Positions 1 through 9,266 of a stretch of 39,157 nt of DNA are shown here, piece by piece. The notes under the pieces are model-generated. The model ran no database searches. It worked only from the letters and a program-made list of their open reading frames with translations, and was not told where the DNA came from. The stretch is from a candidate division BRC1 bacterium ADurb.BinA292 (GTDB taxonomy: Bacteria; Sumerlaeota; Sumerlaeia; MVZB01): positions 1 through 39,157 of the forward strand of contig MVZB01000001.1 of assembly GCA_002068205.1 (NCBI GenBank), written 5' to 3'. Each line of letters opens with the position of its first letter. Position 1 is the stretch's first letter. The position numbers and the translations under genes were made by a program.

Positions 1-243
1 GCTCGCCGCGTCGCTGAAACCCAGGGCGGCAGCAATGTCGTCGACCTCGAGGAACGAGGTCGACAGGTAGTCGACAGCCAAGGCCTGGCGCACGCTCGCC
101 AGCAGTTCCAGATAGGTCGTCCCCTCTTCGTTGAGCCGTCGCCGCAGCGTCCGGGCGTTGATGCACAGCCCCGCCGCGATCTCGTCGATGCTGGGAAAGC
201 GGCCGGGTGTTCGCGTCAGTTCAGCATACACGCGGCGGCTCAT
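1..243 (-). CDS. AraC/XylS-family regulator fragment: C-terminal double-HTH domain only; 3' end lies beyond the window edge
   Basis: Own translation of the minus strand from the ATG at 243-241 gives MSRRVYAELTRTPGRFPSIDEIAAGLCINARTLRRRLNEEGTTYLELLASVRQALAVDYLSTSFLEVDDIAAALGFSDAAS. This covers both helix-turn-helix units of the AraC signature. It is absent from the ORF track because there is no stop inside the window. The same frame upstream of about 330 is Arg-rich nonsense, so no ligand-binding domain is present. Confidence 0.55.
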   Translation of the reverse strand, partial: MSRRVYAELTRTPGRFPSIDEIAAGLCINARTLRRRLNEEGTTYLELLASVRQALAVDYLSTSFLEVDDIAAALGFSDAAS

Positions 244-1285
244 GCCCGAGCTCCACTTGTGGTCCTCCAACAGCTTGGCGCAGGCTGCCGAAACTGCATG
301 CCCCGCCGCGGATGCTGAAGTGGTCATAGGCGCGCTCGTCCGGCGAGAGGGTCCGCTGAATGACGATCGAAGGCGGTTGGCCCGTCGCCTGATCCAGCAA
401 AAACGGCCCGGAGAGCCCCGCGCGCGTTGCGCTGACCGTCCAATACCACGTGCCGGGCGCCAGGGGCGCGGCCAGCGTGTGGCGGGTCCCCGGAACCGCG
501 TCGAGCTCGGTGAGGCAGGCGGCGGCGAAGAGCGGATCGCGCGAGCAGATCAGCGTGTAGCCGTCCGCGGGGGAATCCGCGGGCGGCGCCCAGCGCAGCG
601 TGACGGGCTCGCCTTCCCTGAATGCCGCCGGCGTTTCGTCCGCCGCCACTGGCGCCCCCGGCGGCTCCCCCTCGCCGCCGGGCGCGCCCAGCTTGATCCA
701 GTCGAGATAGACCTCGATGTCCCGCGGCATTGGGCGGAAGTCGCCCTTGGGCGGGTTTTCCCGCGTCGGCGACGGCGGCGAACTGCCGTCCTTCGTCAGC
801 TCGACGCGCACCCGGAGGCTGCGCGTCCCCGCCGGCAGCTTGTCGCGCAGATCCACCGTCAGCAGCTCGTTGGCCGGCGGGCGTTCCGCTTCGTCATAGT
901 GATTCAGGATCACGTGCGGCACGCCGCCGTCGGCGTCGGAGATCGCATACAGTTTCAACCGCGCGCGCGGCGTCAACCGGCTGAAGCGGATCTGGCAGAA
1001 GCGATTCGTCGATGCGTCCCAGGGGAAGGACCGGCTGGTTGTAACCCAGCAGCGGTAGGCGTCCTCGGAATGGAGCGCCAGGCGGCCGATCTCGCCGTCG
1101 GAGGTCCATTCGGCCCAGCCCGTGCCCGAGATCACGACGGGCTCCTCCCAGGGATGGTCGAAACCCAGCGAGGAGGTTTTGAAATCCTCGACCCACATGT
1201 CGGCCGCCTCCGCCGCCGTTCCAGCGCAGAGGATCCATGGAACCAGCATCAAGCTGAACAGCGCTGTCAGTCGCATCACACGCAC
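221..1285 (-). CDS. secreted hypothetical protein (Sec signal peptide, no family recognised)
   Basis: 354-aa ORF. The N-terminus MRVMRLTALFSLMLVPWILCAGTAAEAAD looks like a cleavable signal peptide. Composition is balanced, unlike the Arg/Pro/Gly-rich overlapping frames. It lies 72 nt downstream of, and co-directional with, the GH2 gene. The last few codons overlap the AraC fragment, so the exact 3' end is uncertain. Confidence 0.6.
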   Translation of the reverse strand: MRVMRLTALFSLMLVPWILCAGTAAEAADMWVEDFKTSSLGFDHPWEEPVVISGTGWAEWTSDGEIGRLALHSEDAYRCWVTTSRSFPWDASTNRFCQIRFSRLTPRARLKLYAISDADGGVPHVILNHYDEAERPPANELLTVDLRDKLPAGTRSLRVRVELTKDGSSPPSPTRENPPKGDFRPMPRDIEVYLDWIKLGAPGGEGEPPGAPVAADETPAAFREGEPVTLRWAPPADSPADGYTLICSRDPLFAAACLTELDAVPGTRHTLAAPLAPGTWYWTVSATRAGLSGPFLLDQATGQPPSIVIQRTLSPDERAYDHFSIRGGACSFGSLRQAVGGPQVELGHEPPRVC

Positions 1286-1357
1286 CCTTCCCCACGGTGT
1301 GTTGGCGCGGCCCGGGCCGCATCGAAGCCGGCAAACCGGATCCCGAGTGATTGGCGC

Positions 1358-3664
1358 TTAGACGTTGGCCAAGGTTGACGGTGCGCCGGACAACGTCCCG
1401 TACTGGCGCTTGAGCCATTCCAGATCGAACAACGGAGCCCCCGCCAGATAGTGGTTCGTGTAGACCGATCCGTTGACCTGCGCGCGGAGCAGATAGAAGG
1501 CCGCCTTGGCCGGATCCGCGGGGATCGTCTCGGCCAGGATCGAGCTGTTCGCCGGCACGTGGATGCGGCCGGAGCGGACCACGCCGCCGTCGAGCGTGAC
1601 TTCGTAGTTCACGTCGCAATCGCTCAGCTTTTCGCTCACCACGAACAGGCAGAGGCTCCCCTCGATGCTTTCCAGGCAGATCAGGATGTCCTCCTGCACG
1701 CGCCGGATCACGTCGAAGGCCAGCTTTTTCTGGTAATAGTAGTCCACGACGGCGTCGGAGACCTGCGGGCAGCCGTCCAGCAGGTTCCACCACAGGATGC
1801 CGCCGCAACTGAACTTGCGCCGCCGCGCGCGTTCGATCCATGTCTTGTAGGCTTCGGCCTGGACGATCTGCGAGGCGATGATGAAATCGTCCAGGTTGTC
1901 CGGCACCGCGCCGAACATGTTCCTGACGTTCATCTCGTTCTGGATCAGCCGGCCGTCGGGATAGCAGTAGCTGGAGGGATCGGAAAGGCTGCCGCAACGG
2001 TAACCCCAGATGATCCGGTCGTAGGGCCAGAGCACCTCTTCCGGGATGAACCTGGCGAGGCTGTCGCGGTTGTTCAGCGCCAGGTGGCCGATCTCGCTGA
2101 TGAACGGCGACAGATCCTGGCTGTAGATCGGCGCCTTGTAATACAGCCCGTGACACCAGATGTGGGTGTCGCCGGCCTTGACCGAGTGGGCCGGCTCGCC
2201 CGGGATCGGCGTGTAGGGCGACGACGGCCAGTAGGGCCGGGTGCCGTCGTAGCGCGTCAGGTACTCCGGCAGGATCTGGTTGGCGATCGCCCGGTTGCCC
2301 CCCTCCTGGTGCGGGCTGAAGAAATGCGTCAGGTGCGTTTCGATCTCGTTGTCGCCGCACCACAGGACGATGCTCGGGTGGTTGCGCAGGCGGCGCACGA
2401 CCGCGGCCGTCTCCCGGCGGACCAGCTCCAGGAATTCCTCGGCCTGCGGGTAGAGGGCGCAGGCATACATGAAGTCGTGCCAGACCATGACGCCCATCTC
2501 GTCGCAGGCGGCGTAGAAGTCGCTCGATTCGTAAATGCCGCCCCCCCAGACGCGGATCATGTTGCTGTTGCTCTCGTCCAGCAGCCGGAAGAACTCCTTC
2601 TCGCGCTTGGCGCTCAGCGCGGGGAAGTTGTCCAGCGGAACGTGATTCGTCCCGTAGGCGGAGACCGGCACGCCGTTGATCTGGAAGTAGAACGTCTGGT
2701 GCTCTTCGACCGGATCGTGCTCCTGGATGATCTCGACCGAGCGGACGCCGAACCGTCCCGACCAGGAATCCAGGACCTCGTCCCCGGCGAGCAGTTCGAC
2801 CTCGGCCTGATACATATTGGGATCGCCATACGGCCGCGGCCACCACAGCTTGGGGTTTTCCAGCGGGAAGCTGAACACCACCAGCGGGAACTGCATCCGA
2901 TAGGTTTCGGTGTAAACCGGATCGCCCTGATCCAGGACGCGGATGCGCACCGACAGATCGGTCCGGTAGACCTTGGGGGTTTTCAGGAAGACCCGCGCCA
3001 TGATGCGGCTGACGTCGCGGCCGAACTTCTTGGTGAAGACGAAGACGTCATCAATGTGGTAGTCCGGCTCGAACTCCAGCTGGACCGGGCCCCAGAGACC
3101 GGCCGAGAGGAGGCGGGGGAAAATGTTCCAGCCGTGGGCGTGGCCGGCCTTGCGGATCCAGATGCGGCTCGGCTCGTTGGCGACCAGTTCCACCGCGCCT
3201 TCGAAATCCCGGTCGGCGACCTCGAACAGATCGCTCTTGATGCGGACATGCAGCGTGTGGCGCGTCCCGGGCTGGAGCGGCTCGGGGAGCGCGATCCGAT
3301 GCGGGATCAGCATGTTGTCGGTCGTGGCGATCAGTTTGCCGTCCAGATAGATTTCGGAGAACGTATCGATGCCTTCGAAATAGAGGTTCTGACGCCCTCC
3401 CGCGGTCGGCAGGTCGGCGGTGAATTCAGTCCGATACCACCACTCGTGGGTTTCCAGCGGACGGATCTTCTCGGGGTTCTGGCCCATGAACGGATCGTCG
3501 ACCAGGCCATGGCGATAGAGATCGAGGACGACGTTGCCGGGCACCTCGGCGTCGATCCAGTCCAGCCGGGCGCGGCCGCTCAGAACGTCGGCCGAGGCGA
3601 GATCCTCCTGGTGGAAGTGCGCCAGTTGCCAAGGCGCGGCGATCGGGGTCTTGCGGGTGGGCAT
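1358..3664 (-). CDS. glycoside hydrolase family 2, beta-mannosidase-like
   Basis: 768 aa. Blocks NMIRVWGGGIYESSDFYAACDEMGVMVWHDFMYACALYP and NHPSIVLWCGDNE match the conserved GH2 beta-mannosidase catalytic-domain signatures as I remember them. Confidence 0.85.
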   Translation of the reverse strand: MPTRKTPIAAPWQLAHFHQEDLASADVLSGRARLDWIDAEVPGNVVLDLYRHGLVDDPFMGQNPEKIRPLETHEWWYRTEFTADLPTAGGRQNLYFEGIDTFSEIYLDGKLIATTDNMLIPHRIALPEPLQPGTRHTLHVRIKSDLFEVADRDFEGAVELVANEPSRIWIRKAGHAHGWNIFPRLLSAGLWGPVQLEFEPDYHIDDVFVFTKKFGRDVSRIMARVFLKTPKVYRTDLSVRIRVLDQGDPVYTETYRMQFPLVVFSFPLENPKLWWPRPYGDPNMYQAEVELLAGDEVLDSWSGRFGVRSVEIIQEHDPVEEHQTFYFQINGVPVSAYGTNHVPLDNFPALSAKREKEFFRLLDESNSNMIRVWGGGIYESSDFYAACDEMGVMVWHDFMYACALYPQAEEFLELVRRETAAVVRRLRNHPSIVLWCGDNEIETHLTHFFSPHQEGGNRAIANQILPEYLTRYDGTRPYWPSSPYTPIPGEPAHSVKAGDTHIWCHGLYYKAPIYSQDLSPFISEIGHLALNNRDSLARFIPEEVLWPYDRIIWGYRCGSLSDPSSYCYPDGRLIQNEMNVRNMFGAVPDNLDDFIIASQIVQAEAYKTWIERARRRKFSCGGILWWNLLDGCPQVSDAVVDYYYQKKLAFDVIRRVQEDILICLESIEGSLCLFVVSEKLSDCDVNYEVTLDGGVVRSGRIHVPANSSILAETIPADPAKAAFYLLRAQVNGSVYTNHYLAGAPLFDLEWLKRQYGTLSGAPSTLANV

Positions 3665-3882
3665 GTTATCGAGTCACTTTCGTTGTTTCAGTTGGTTGAT
3701 GTGGAGTTGCGCGGAGCTGTGATTGCGCATCCGCGCGGGGAAAGCAGAATGATTGACGCGCCGGGGGGAAGGCAACATGCCATCCGTTCACACGGGATCG
3801 GGCGATCTGAATCGGTTGCGAGGGGCCGGCCCGCCGACAGGACCGGCGCCGCCACAGCCCTGGAACCACCCGCGCATCCAAT

Positions 3883-3898
3883 TTATCACGCATGATAA
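3883..3898. promoter_or_regulatory. 16-bp palindrome TTATCAcgcaTGATAA (candidate operator) in an AT-rich divergent intergenic region
   Basis: Perfect 6-bp inverted half-sites separated by 4 nt. They sit inside a locally AT-rich stretch (about 3880-4110) between the divergent GH2 gene (start 3664, minus) and gmhA (start 4274, plus). A TATAAT hexamer is present at 3989-3994. Confidence 0.25.
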
Positions 3899-4273
3899 TT
3901 ACAGGGGCCCTCACCCGTTGTCAATCCATAAGCGGTCGCCGGTTCGGTGCGGTTGCCAGACAACGGCCCAGCTACAACATAAATCAATTATAATCAGTGC
4001 TTTGTCATTATTTCGCGCATATTCAAGACGCCCATCGGCGATCGTATCTCGCATCTGCACGCCGCCTGATCACGGCCCTTCAGCGGGAATTTATTATGTG
4101 GGAAAATCGTGATGCGGCGGCTAGACTCTGTCCCGGATCCTGGGGGGGCGAATGCGCGGCTGTCGCGGCGTCAGTGGCGGCGAATCGCTCAGCGCCGGCC
4201 TTCAGCCCAGGATTGAGGAAACACCCGCCGGAGCTTATTCTGGAGCGACGATTGGCGGCAACGGGAGGATCGG

Positions 4274-4864
4274 ATGAACAGCATCAGTTCGGCGCGCGAA
4301 CAGGCCGATCAACTGCGCGAGTTGCTCGAACGCATCGCCCAGCAGCCCGACCTGTTGGACACCCTGGACCGGATTTGCCGGACGGTGGTCGAGGCGCTCG
4401 CCGCCGGCGGCAAGGTGCTGACGCTGGGCAACGGCGGCAGCGCGACCGACGCGCTGCATCTGGCCGAGGAATTGATCGGGCGGTATCGGACCGATCGGGC
4501 GCCGCTGCCGGCGGTCTGCCTGTCGGCCGATGTTTCGGCCCTGACCTGCATCGCCAACGATTTCGGCTACGACGCGGTGTTCGAACGCCAGGTGCAGGCG
4601 CTCGGCCGGCCGGGCGACGTCGTCATCGGCTTTTCGACGAGCGGAAATTCGCCCAATGTGAATCGGGCATTCGGCGCCGCCCGCGCGGCGGGCGCCACAA
4701 CGATCGGCATGCTCGGCAAGACCGGCGGGGCCGCCCGCGACCTCGTCGATCTGGCGTGGGTCGTCCCGCACGACAACACGGCGCGGATCCAGGAACTGCA
4801 CACGCTGGCGCTGCACGCCATCTGCGAGGCGGTGGAAGCGCGATTCGGTCTGTCGTCAACTTAA
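4274..4864 (+). CDS. gmhA: SIS-domain D-sedoheptulose-7-phosphate isomerase
   Basis: 196 aa. Blocks LGNGGSATDALHLAEELIGRY, CIANDFGYDAVFERQVQALGRPGDVVIGFSTSGNSPNV and TARIQELH follow the GmhA consensus almost block for block. A GGGAGGA Shine-Dalgarno sits 5-6 nt upstream. Confidence 0.8.
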   Translation: MNSISSAREQADQLRELLERIAQQPDLLDTLDRICRTVVEALAAGGKVLTLGNGGSATDALHLAEELIGRYRTDRAPLPAVCLSADVSALTCIANDFGYDAVFERQVQALGRPGDVVIGFSTSGNSPNVNRAFGAARAAGATTIGMLGKTGGAARDLVDLAWVVPHDNTARIQELHTLALHAICEAVEARFGLSST

Positions 4865-4928
4865 ATAAGGTGTCCATCGGGCCGCGGTTAGGGCCGATGC
4901 AACATCCGGCAAAGGGGGAGGATGCGAC

Positions 4929-5957
4929 ATGAACCTGACACCTCGTGAGATCGTACTGAGAACGCTGGCGTTCGATCATCCGCCGCGGGCGCCGCGCCAG
5001 CTCTGGGTCCTGCCCTGGGCCGAGCTGCATCACCCCGGCGCCTTCGACCGGATCCAGGCGGAATTCCCACCCGACATCGTCTACGCCGATGGCCACCAGC
5101 GCGAACCGCGCCAGGTCCAGGGCAGTCCCTACGAGCGCGGGGTCTACATTGATGAATGGGGCTGCCGGTTCACCAATATCCAGCCCGGGGTGCACGGCGA
5201 AGTGTGCGATCCGCTGATCCGCGACTGGGACGACGCCGGCGCGATCCGCTTCCCGCGCGAGATGCTGACGATCGACCCCGATGCCGTCAACCGCGACTGC
5301 GAGGCCAGCGACCGGTTCCAGCTGGTCCCCTATTGCCCGCGCCCGTTCGAGCGCCTGCAGTTCCTGCGCGGCTCGCAGGCGCTGTATCTGGACCTGATGA
5401 TGCGCCCCCCCGCGATGCTCGCGTTCCTGCGCAAGCTGCACGGGTTTTACTGCGAATTTCTGGAACTGTGGTGTTCGCGGACGCAGGTCGACGCGATCAT
5501 GTTCATGGACGACTGGGGCTCGCAGCGCAACCTGCTGATCGCCCCCGAGCTGTGGTGCGAGCTGTTCAAGCCGCTCTACCGCGACTACATCGAGATCGCG
5601 CATGCGCACGGCAAGAAGGCCTTCATGCACTCGGACGGCTACATCGTGGCGATCTATCCGCATCTGATCGAGCTGGGGCTCGACGCGCTCAACTCCCAGA
5701 TCTTCTGCATGGGCGTCGAAAACCTCCGTCCGTTCGCCGGCAAGATCACGTTCTGGGGCGAGATCGATCGCCAGCAGTTATTGCCCCACGGCAGCCTTGA
5801 GCAGATCGACGCGGCGGTCGAATCGGTCTACCATACGTTGTGGCGCGGAGGGGGCTGCATCGCGCAGTGCGAATTCGGCCCCGGCGGCAAGCCGGAGAAT
5901 GTGCGCCGCGTGTTCGAGGCGTGGGACCGGCTGACCTCGCCGGCGATGACGAAATAA
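4929..5957 (+). CDS. uroporphyrinogen-decarboxylase-like (URO-D / MtaA-CmuA superfamily) protein, function unknown
   Basis: 342 aa. The overall pattern (DAIMFMDDWGSQRNLLIAPELWCELFKPLYRDYIEIAHAHGKKAFMHSDG, then a C-terminal GG.IAQCEFGPG block) resembles URO-D-fold TIM-barrel proteins. A GGGAGGA Shine-Dalgarno lies upstream. This is a family-level call from memory only. Confidence 0.55.
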   Translation: MNLTPREIVLRTLAFDHPPRAPRQLWVLPWAELHHPGAFDRIQAEFPPDIVYADGHQREPRQVQGSPYERGVYIDEWGCRFTNIQPGVHGEVCDPLIRDWDDAGAIRFPREMLTIDPDAVNRDCEASDRFQLVPYCPRPFERLQFLRGSQALYLDLMMRPPAMLAFLRKLHGFYCEFLELWCSRTQVDAIMFMDDWGSQRNLLIAPELWCELFKPLYRDYIEIAHAHGKKAFMHSDGYIVAIYPHLIELGLDALNSQIFCMGVENLRPFAGKITFWGEIDRQQLLPHGSLEQIDAAVESVYHTLWRGGGCIAQCEFGPGGKPENVRRVFEAWDRLTSPAMTK

Positions 5958-6053
5958 GGCGCCGCCCGGGGGGATCCCGTCGCTCGTCCATGTGACCAGC
6001 CGGTTTCCCCTGTCCTCTCATCCCCTTTGTGAGCAAGGCCAAGAACGCCGCCC

Positions 6054-7970
6054 ATGACGCTCCAACCGATCACGCTCCACGATGCGGCGCTCCCGCGCCA
6101 CGACCTGGAAGCCCTGATGCACGACATCCAGTCGGTCTCGGTGGCGGTCCTGGGTGATTTCTGTCTGGACGTTTACTGGTTCACGGACCTGTCGGCGGCG
6201 GAGCTGGAGACCCGCCCCGTCCGGCGGGCTCATCTGTCGCTGGGGGCGGCCGGCAACGTCGCGGCCAATCTGCTGGCGCTGGGGTGCCGGCGCATCGAAG
6301 CCTTCGGCGTCGTCGGCTGCGACATCTGGGGGCGCGAAATGCTCCACCTGCTGCGCGAAAGCGGCGTGGGCACCAGCGGCATGCTCTCCGAACCGCGCGA
6401 CTGGTCCACGCTGGTGTATGTCAAGCCGCACATCCATGACAAGGAAACCAGCCGGTTCGATTTCGGCAATTTCAATCGTCTGCCGGCGCAGACCGCGCGA
6501 ACGCTGATCGGCGCGCTCGTCGAACGGCTCGACGAATTCGATGCCGTCCTGATCAACGAGCAGGTGACCAACGGGCTGCACAGCGCGGAGCTGCGCCAGG
6601 CGCTGGCCGAGGCGATCCAGCGCCACCCGGGGACGAACTGGATCGTCGACAGCCGCCATTTCCCCGAGGCCTACCCCGGGGCAAGCCTCAAGATCAACGA
6701 TCTGGAGGCCACCCGGTTGCTGGGCATCGAGCGGCCGGCGGGGGCGCTCGTGCCGCGCGAGGAGGCGCTGACGGCGGCCGAAGCCCTGGAGCAGCGGATG
6801 GGCCGGCCGGTTTACGTAACGCGCCGCGATCGGGGCGTGATCGTCCACGACGGCCGGGCGCCGCAGGAGATCCCCGGCCTGCTGATCCTGGGCCGGATCG
6901 ACCCGGTCGGCGCGGGCGACAGCATGCTGGCGGGGATCGCGGCCGCCATCGCCGCCGGCCGCTCGCCCGTTCAGGCGGCCACGCTGGGCAACTTCGTCGC
7001 CGGCGTCACGATTCAGAAGCTGTATGTCACCGGCACCGCCTCGCCCGACGAGGTGCTCCGGCTGGGCGCCGAGCCCGATTACGTCTATCGCCCGGAACTG
7101 GCCGAAGACCCGCGCGGCGCGGTCTATGACGACGGCGCCGAGATTGAGATCGTCAGCCGCCGCTCGCCCGCCGGCCGCCCCACCGTCGCCATCTTCGATC
7201 ATGACGGCACAATTTCCACCCTGCGCCAGGGGTGGGAAGCCGTGATGGAACCGATGATGATCCGCGCCATTCTGGGCGAGCAGTATCAGAGCGCTGACGA
7301 GTCGCTGTATCATCAGGTGGTCGACCGCGTCCGCGAGTACATCGATCACTCCACCGGCATCCAGACGTTGCTGCAGATGCAGGGGCTGGTGCGGATGGTC
7401 CGCGAGTTCGGCTGCGTGCCGGAGGACCAGATCCTCGACGAGTTCGGTTACAAGGCGATCTACAACGAGGCGCTGATGGCGATGGTGAGCCGGCGGCTGG
7501 CCAAGCTGGAGCGCGGCGAGTTGCAGGTCGAGGATTTCCTGATCAAGAACGCCTGGGCCCTGCTCGAGCGGCTGCGCGACGCCGGCGTGCGGCTGTGCCT
7601 CGCCAGCGGAACCGACCAGGAGGACGTGCGCCGCGAGGCGTGCGCGCTGGGTTACGCCGACCTGTTCGACGGCGGCATCTGGGGTTCGGTGGGCGACGTG
7701 AACAAGGACGCCAAGCGGATCGTGCTCGACCGGATCATGAACGAGATCGGGGACGTCGGCATGGCGGGCCTGGTGACGTTCGGCGACGGCCCGGTGGAGA
7801 TGCGCGAGACGCGCCGCCGCGGCGGCTTCGCCATCGGCGTCGCCAGCGATGAGATCCGCCGCTACGGGCTCAACCTGGAAAAACGATCGCGCCTGATCCG
7901 CTCCGGCGCCGACCTGATCGTTCCGGACTTCTCGCAGCTCGACCGCCTGCTGGACTGCCTCAACCTGTGA
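6054..7970 (+). CDS. bifunctional PfkB-family sugar kinase (RfaE/HldE domain-I-like) fused to a HAD-superfamily phosphatase
   Basis: 638 aa. The N-terminal half carries the PfkB signatures VAVLGDFCLDVYW, GAAGNVAANLLALG and DPVGAGDSMLAGIAAAI. The C-terminal half carries the HAD motif I FDHDGTIS (DxDxT), LCLASGT (motif II) and FGDGPVE (motif IV-like). Confidence 0.75.
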   Translation: MTLQPITLHDAALPRHDLEALMHDIQSVSVAVLGDFCLDVYWFTDLSAAELETRPVRRAHLSLGAAGNVAANLLALGCRRIEAFGVVGCDIWGREMLHLLRESGVGTSGMLSEPRDWSTLVYVKPHIHDKETSRFDFGNFNRLPAQTARTLIGALVERLDEFDAVLINEQVTNGLHSAELRQALAEAIQRHPGTNWIVDSRHFPEAYPGASLKINDLEATRLLGIERPAGALVPREEALTAAEALEQRMGRPVYVTRRDRGVIVHDGRAPQEIPGLLILGRIDPVGAGDSMLAGIAAAIAAGRSPVQAATLGNFVAGVTIQKLYVTGTASPDEVLRLGAEPDYVYRPELAEDPRGAVYDDGAEIEIVSRRSPAGRPTVAIFDHDGTISTLRQGWEAVMEPMMIRAILGEQYQSADESLYHQVVDRVREYIDHSTGIQTLLQMQGLVRMVREFGCVPEDQILDEFGYKAIYNEALMAMVSRRLAKLERGELQVEDFLIKNAWALLERLRDAGVRLCLASGTDQEDVRREACALGYADLFDGGIWGSVGDVNKDAKRIVLDRIMNEIGDVGMAGLVTFGDGPVEMRETRRRGGFAIGVASDEIRRYGLNLEKRSRLIRSGADLIVPDFSQLDRLLDCLNL

Positions 7971-8114
7971 GGCCCAACGTCGTCTTCGTCCCCGCTCGCC
8001 GATCCCGTCTCATGCCCGCGGCGTGCGCGAAGCTTCGCCGCCGGGTATGATGACCGGGCCGAGGGCGTCGGTTGGCGCCCCCGCCAAATTTCCTGTAAAG
8101 GACGACCTCCCCAG

Positions 8115-9236
8115 ATGCCGTACCCGCAACTGGATCGCTCGCGGGTCAACATGCGGCCGCTGCGCGAGCGCAAGAATAAGAAGCGGATTGAGCAGGACCA
8201 CATTGCGCTGGATACCCAGCCGCGAGGGCTCACGCCGAGCGACGAACGCCTGATCGCCGAAGTGGCCGAGCGGATCGAGGCGTCCCGCGCGGCCGACCGG
8301 TCGGTGATGCTGGCCTTCGGCGCCCATACGATCAAGAACGGGCTCGCCCCGGTCCTGATCGAGCTGATCCGCCGCGGCTGGGTGACGCACCTGGCGACCA
8401 ACGGCGCCGGCGTGATTCACGACTGGGAATTCGCCTACCTCGGCGAGTCAAGTGAGGACGTGCGCGCCAACGTCGCCCGGGGGGAATTCGGCAACTGGCA
8501 CGAGACGGGGTTTTTCATCAACCTGGCGATCAATGTCGGCGCGTGGGAGGGCCGGGGCTACGGCGAAGCAGTCGGCGCGCTGATTCAGCGCGAGGGCCTG
8601 GAAATTCCGACGCCGGCGCGGCTGGAGCAGGAAGTGCGCGCTGTATTGAAGGCGGACCCCGCGCGCGCGGCGGCGGCCGCCGAACTGCTCGGCGTCATCC
8701 GGCGGTTCGAGCTTGAGCCGGGTTGGCTCGCCGTGCCGCACCCCTTCAAGGAGTTCAGCGTGCAGGCCGCCGCGTTTGAACTGGGCGTTCCGTCGACCGA
8801 CCATCCGATGTTCGGACACGATATTATCTACAATCACCCGATGAACAATGGGGCGCTGCTCGGGCGCGCCGCCGAACGCGACTTCCTGCGCTTCGCCGCC
8901 GGGGTCGACCGCATTGCCGGCGGCGTCTATCTGTCGCTCGGCTCGGCCGTGATGAGCCCGATGATCTTCGAAAAATCGCTCTCGATGGCGCGCAACCTCG
9001 CGATGCAGGGGGGCCGCCGGATCGACGATCATTACATGCTCGTCGTCGACCTCCAGCCGTCGCACTGGGACTGGCGCCAGGGCGAACCGCCCGAAGACAA
9101 CCCCGATTACTACCTGCGCTACTGCAAGACGTTCGCCCGCATGGGGGGGACGATGCAGTACCTCTCGGCCGACAACCGGGATTTTCTGCTGGCCCTTTAT
9201 CGCGCGCTGAGCGGCCGCCGCGCGCCGGGAGAGTAA
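8115..9236 (+). CDS. deoxyhypusine-synthase-like (DHS-fold) family protein, function unknown
   Basis: 373 aa. The block MLAFGAHTIKNGLAPVLIELIRRGWVTHLATNGAGVIHDWEF mirrors the DHS-family pattern (LtlaG...aGl..vi.dLi....vd.ivsTGAn..hD). The assignment is from memory of that pattern only. Confidence 0.45.
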   Translation: MPYPQLDRSRVNMRPLRERKNKKRIEQDHIALDTQPRGLTPSDERLIAEVAERIEASRAADRSVMLAFGAHTIKNGLAPVLIELIRRGWVTHLATNGAGVIHDWEFAYLGESSEDVRANVARGEFGNWHETGFFINLAINVGAWEGRGYGEAVGALIQREGLEIPTPARLEQEVRAVLKADPARAAAAAELLGVIRRFELEPGWLAVPHPFKEFSVQAAAFELGVPSTDHPMFGHDIIYNHPMNNGALLGRAAERDFLRFAAGVDRIAGGVYLSLGSAVMSPMIFEKSLSMARNLAMQGGRRIDDHYMLVVDLQPSHWDWRQGEPPEDNPDYYLRYCKTFARMGGTMQYLSADNRDFLLALYRALSGRRAPGE

Positions 9237-9266
9237 TCCGCGCGCCCGCAACCGACCCGCCGCCCG

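Noticed and set aside
1451-3895. An 814-aa plus-strand ORF. Similar very long ORFs are 894..2846(-), 6018..7349(-), 10286..11581(-), 20978..22096(-), 22153..23415(-), 28960..31053(+), 29765..31171(-), 31126..33237(+) and 34172..36127(-).
   Set aside because: All lie antisense or out of frame to genes with clear family signatures (GH2, kinase, amidase, HK, NtrC, GT-C, CapD, glmS). Their translations are Arg/Ala/Gly/Pro/Asp-rich low-complexity sequence, typical of non-coding frames in high-GC DNA.
3997-4932. A 311-aa plus-strand ORF spanning the gmhA region, and ORF 3753..4112.
   Set aside because: The 311-aa ORF runs out of frame through gmhA, which has an unmistakable SIS/GmhA signature, and its translation is Arg-rich. 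The 3753 ORF lies in the AT-rich promoter region and shows no family features.
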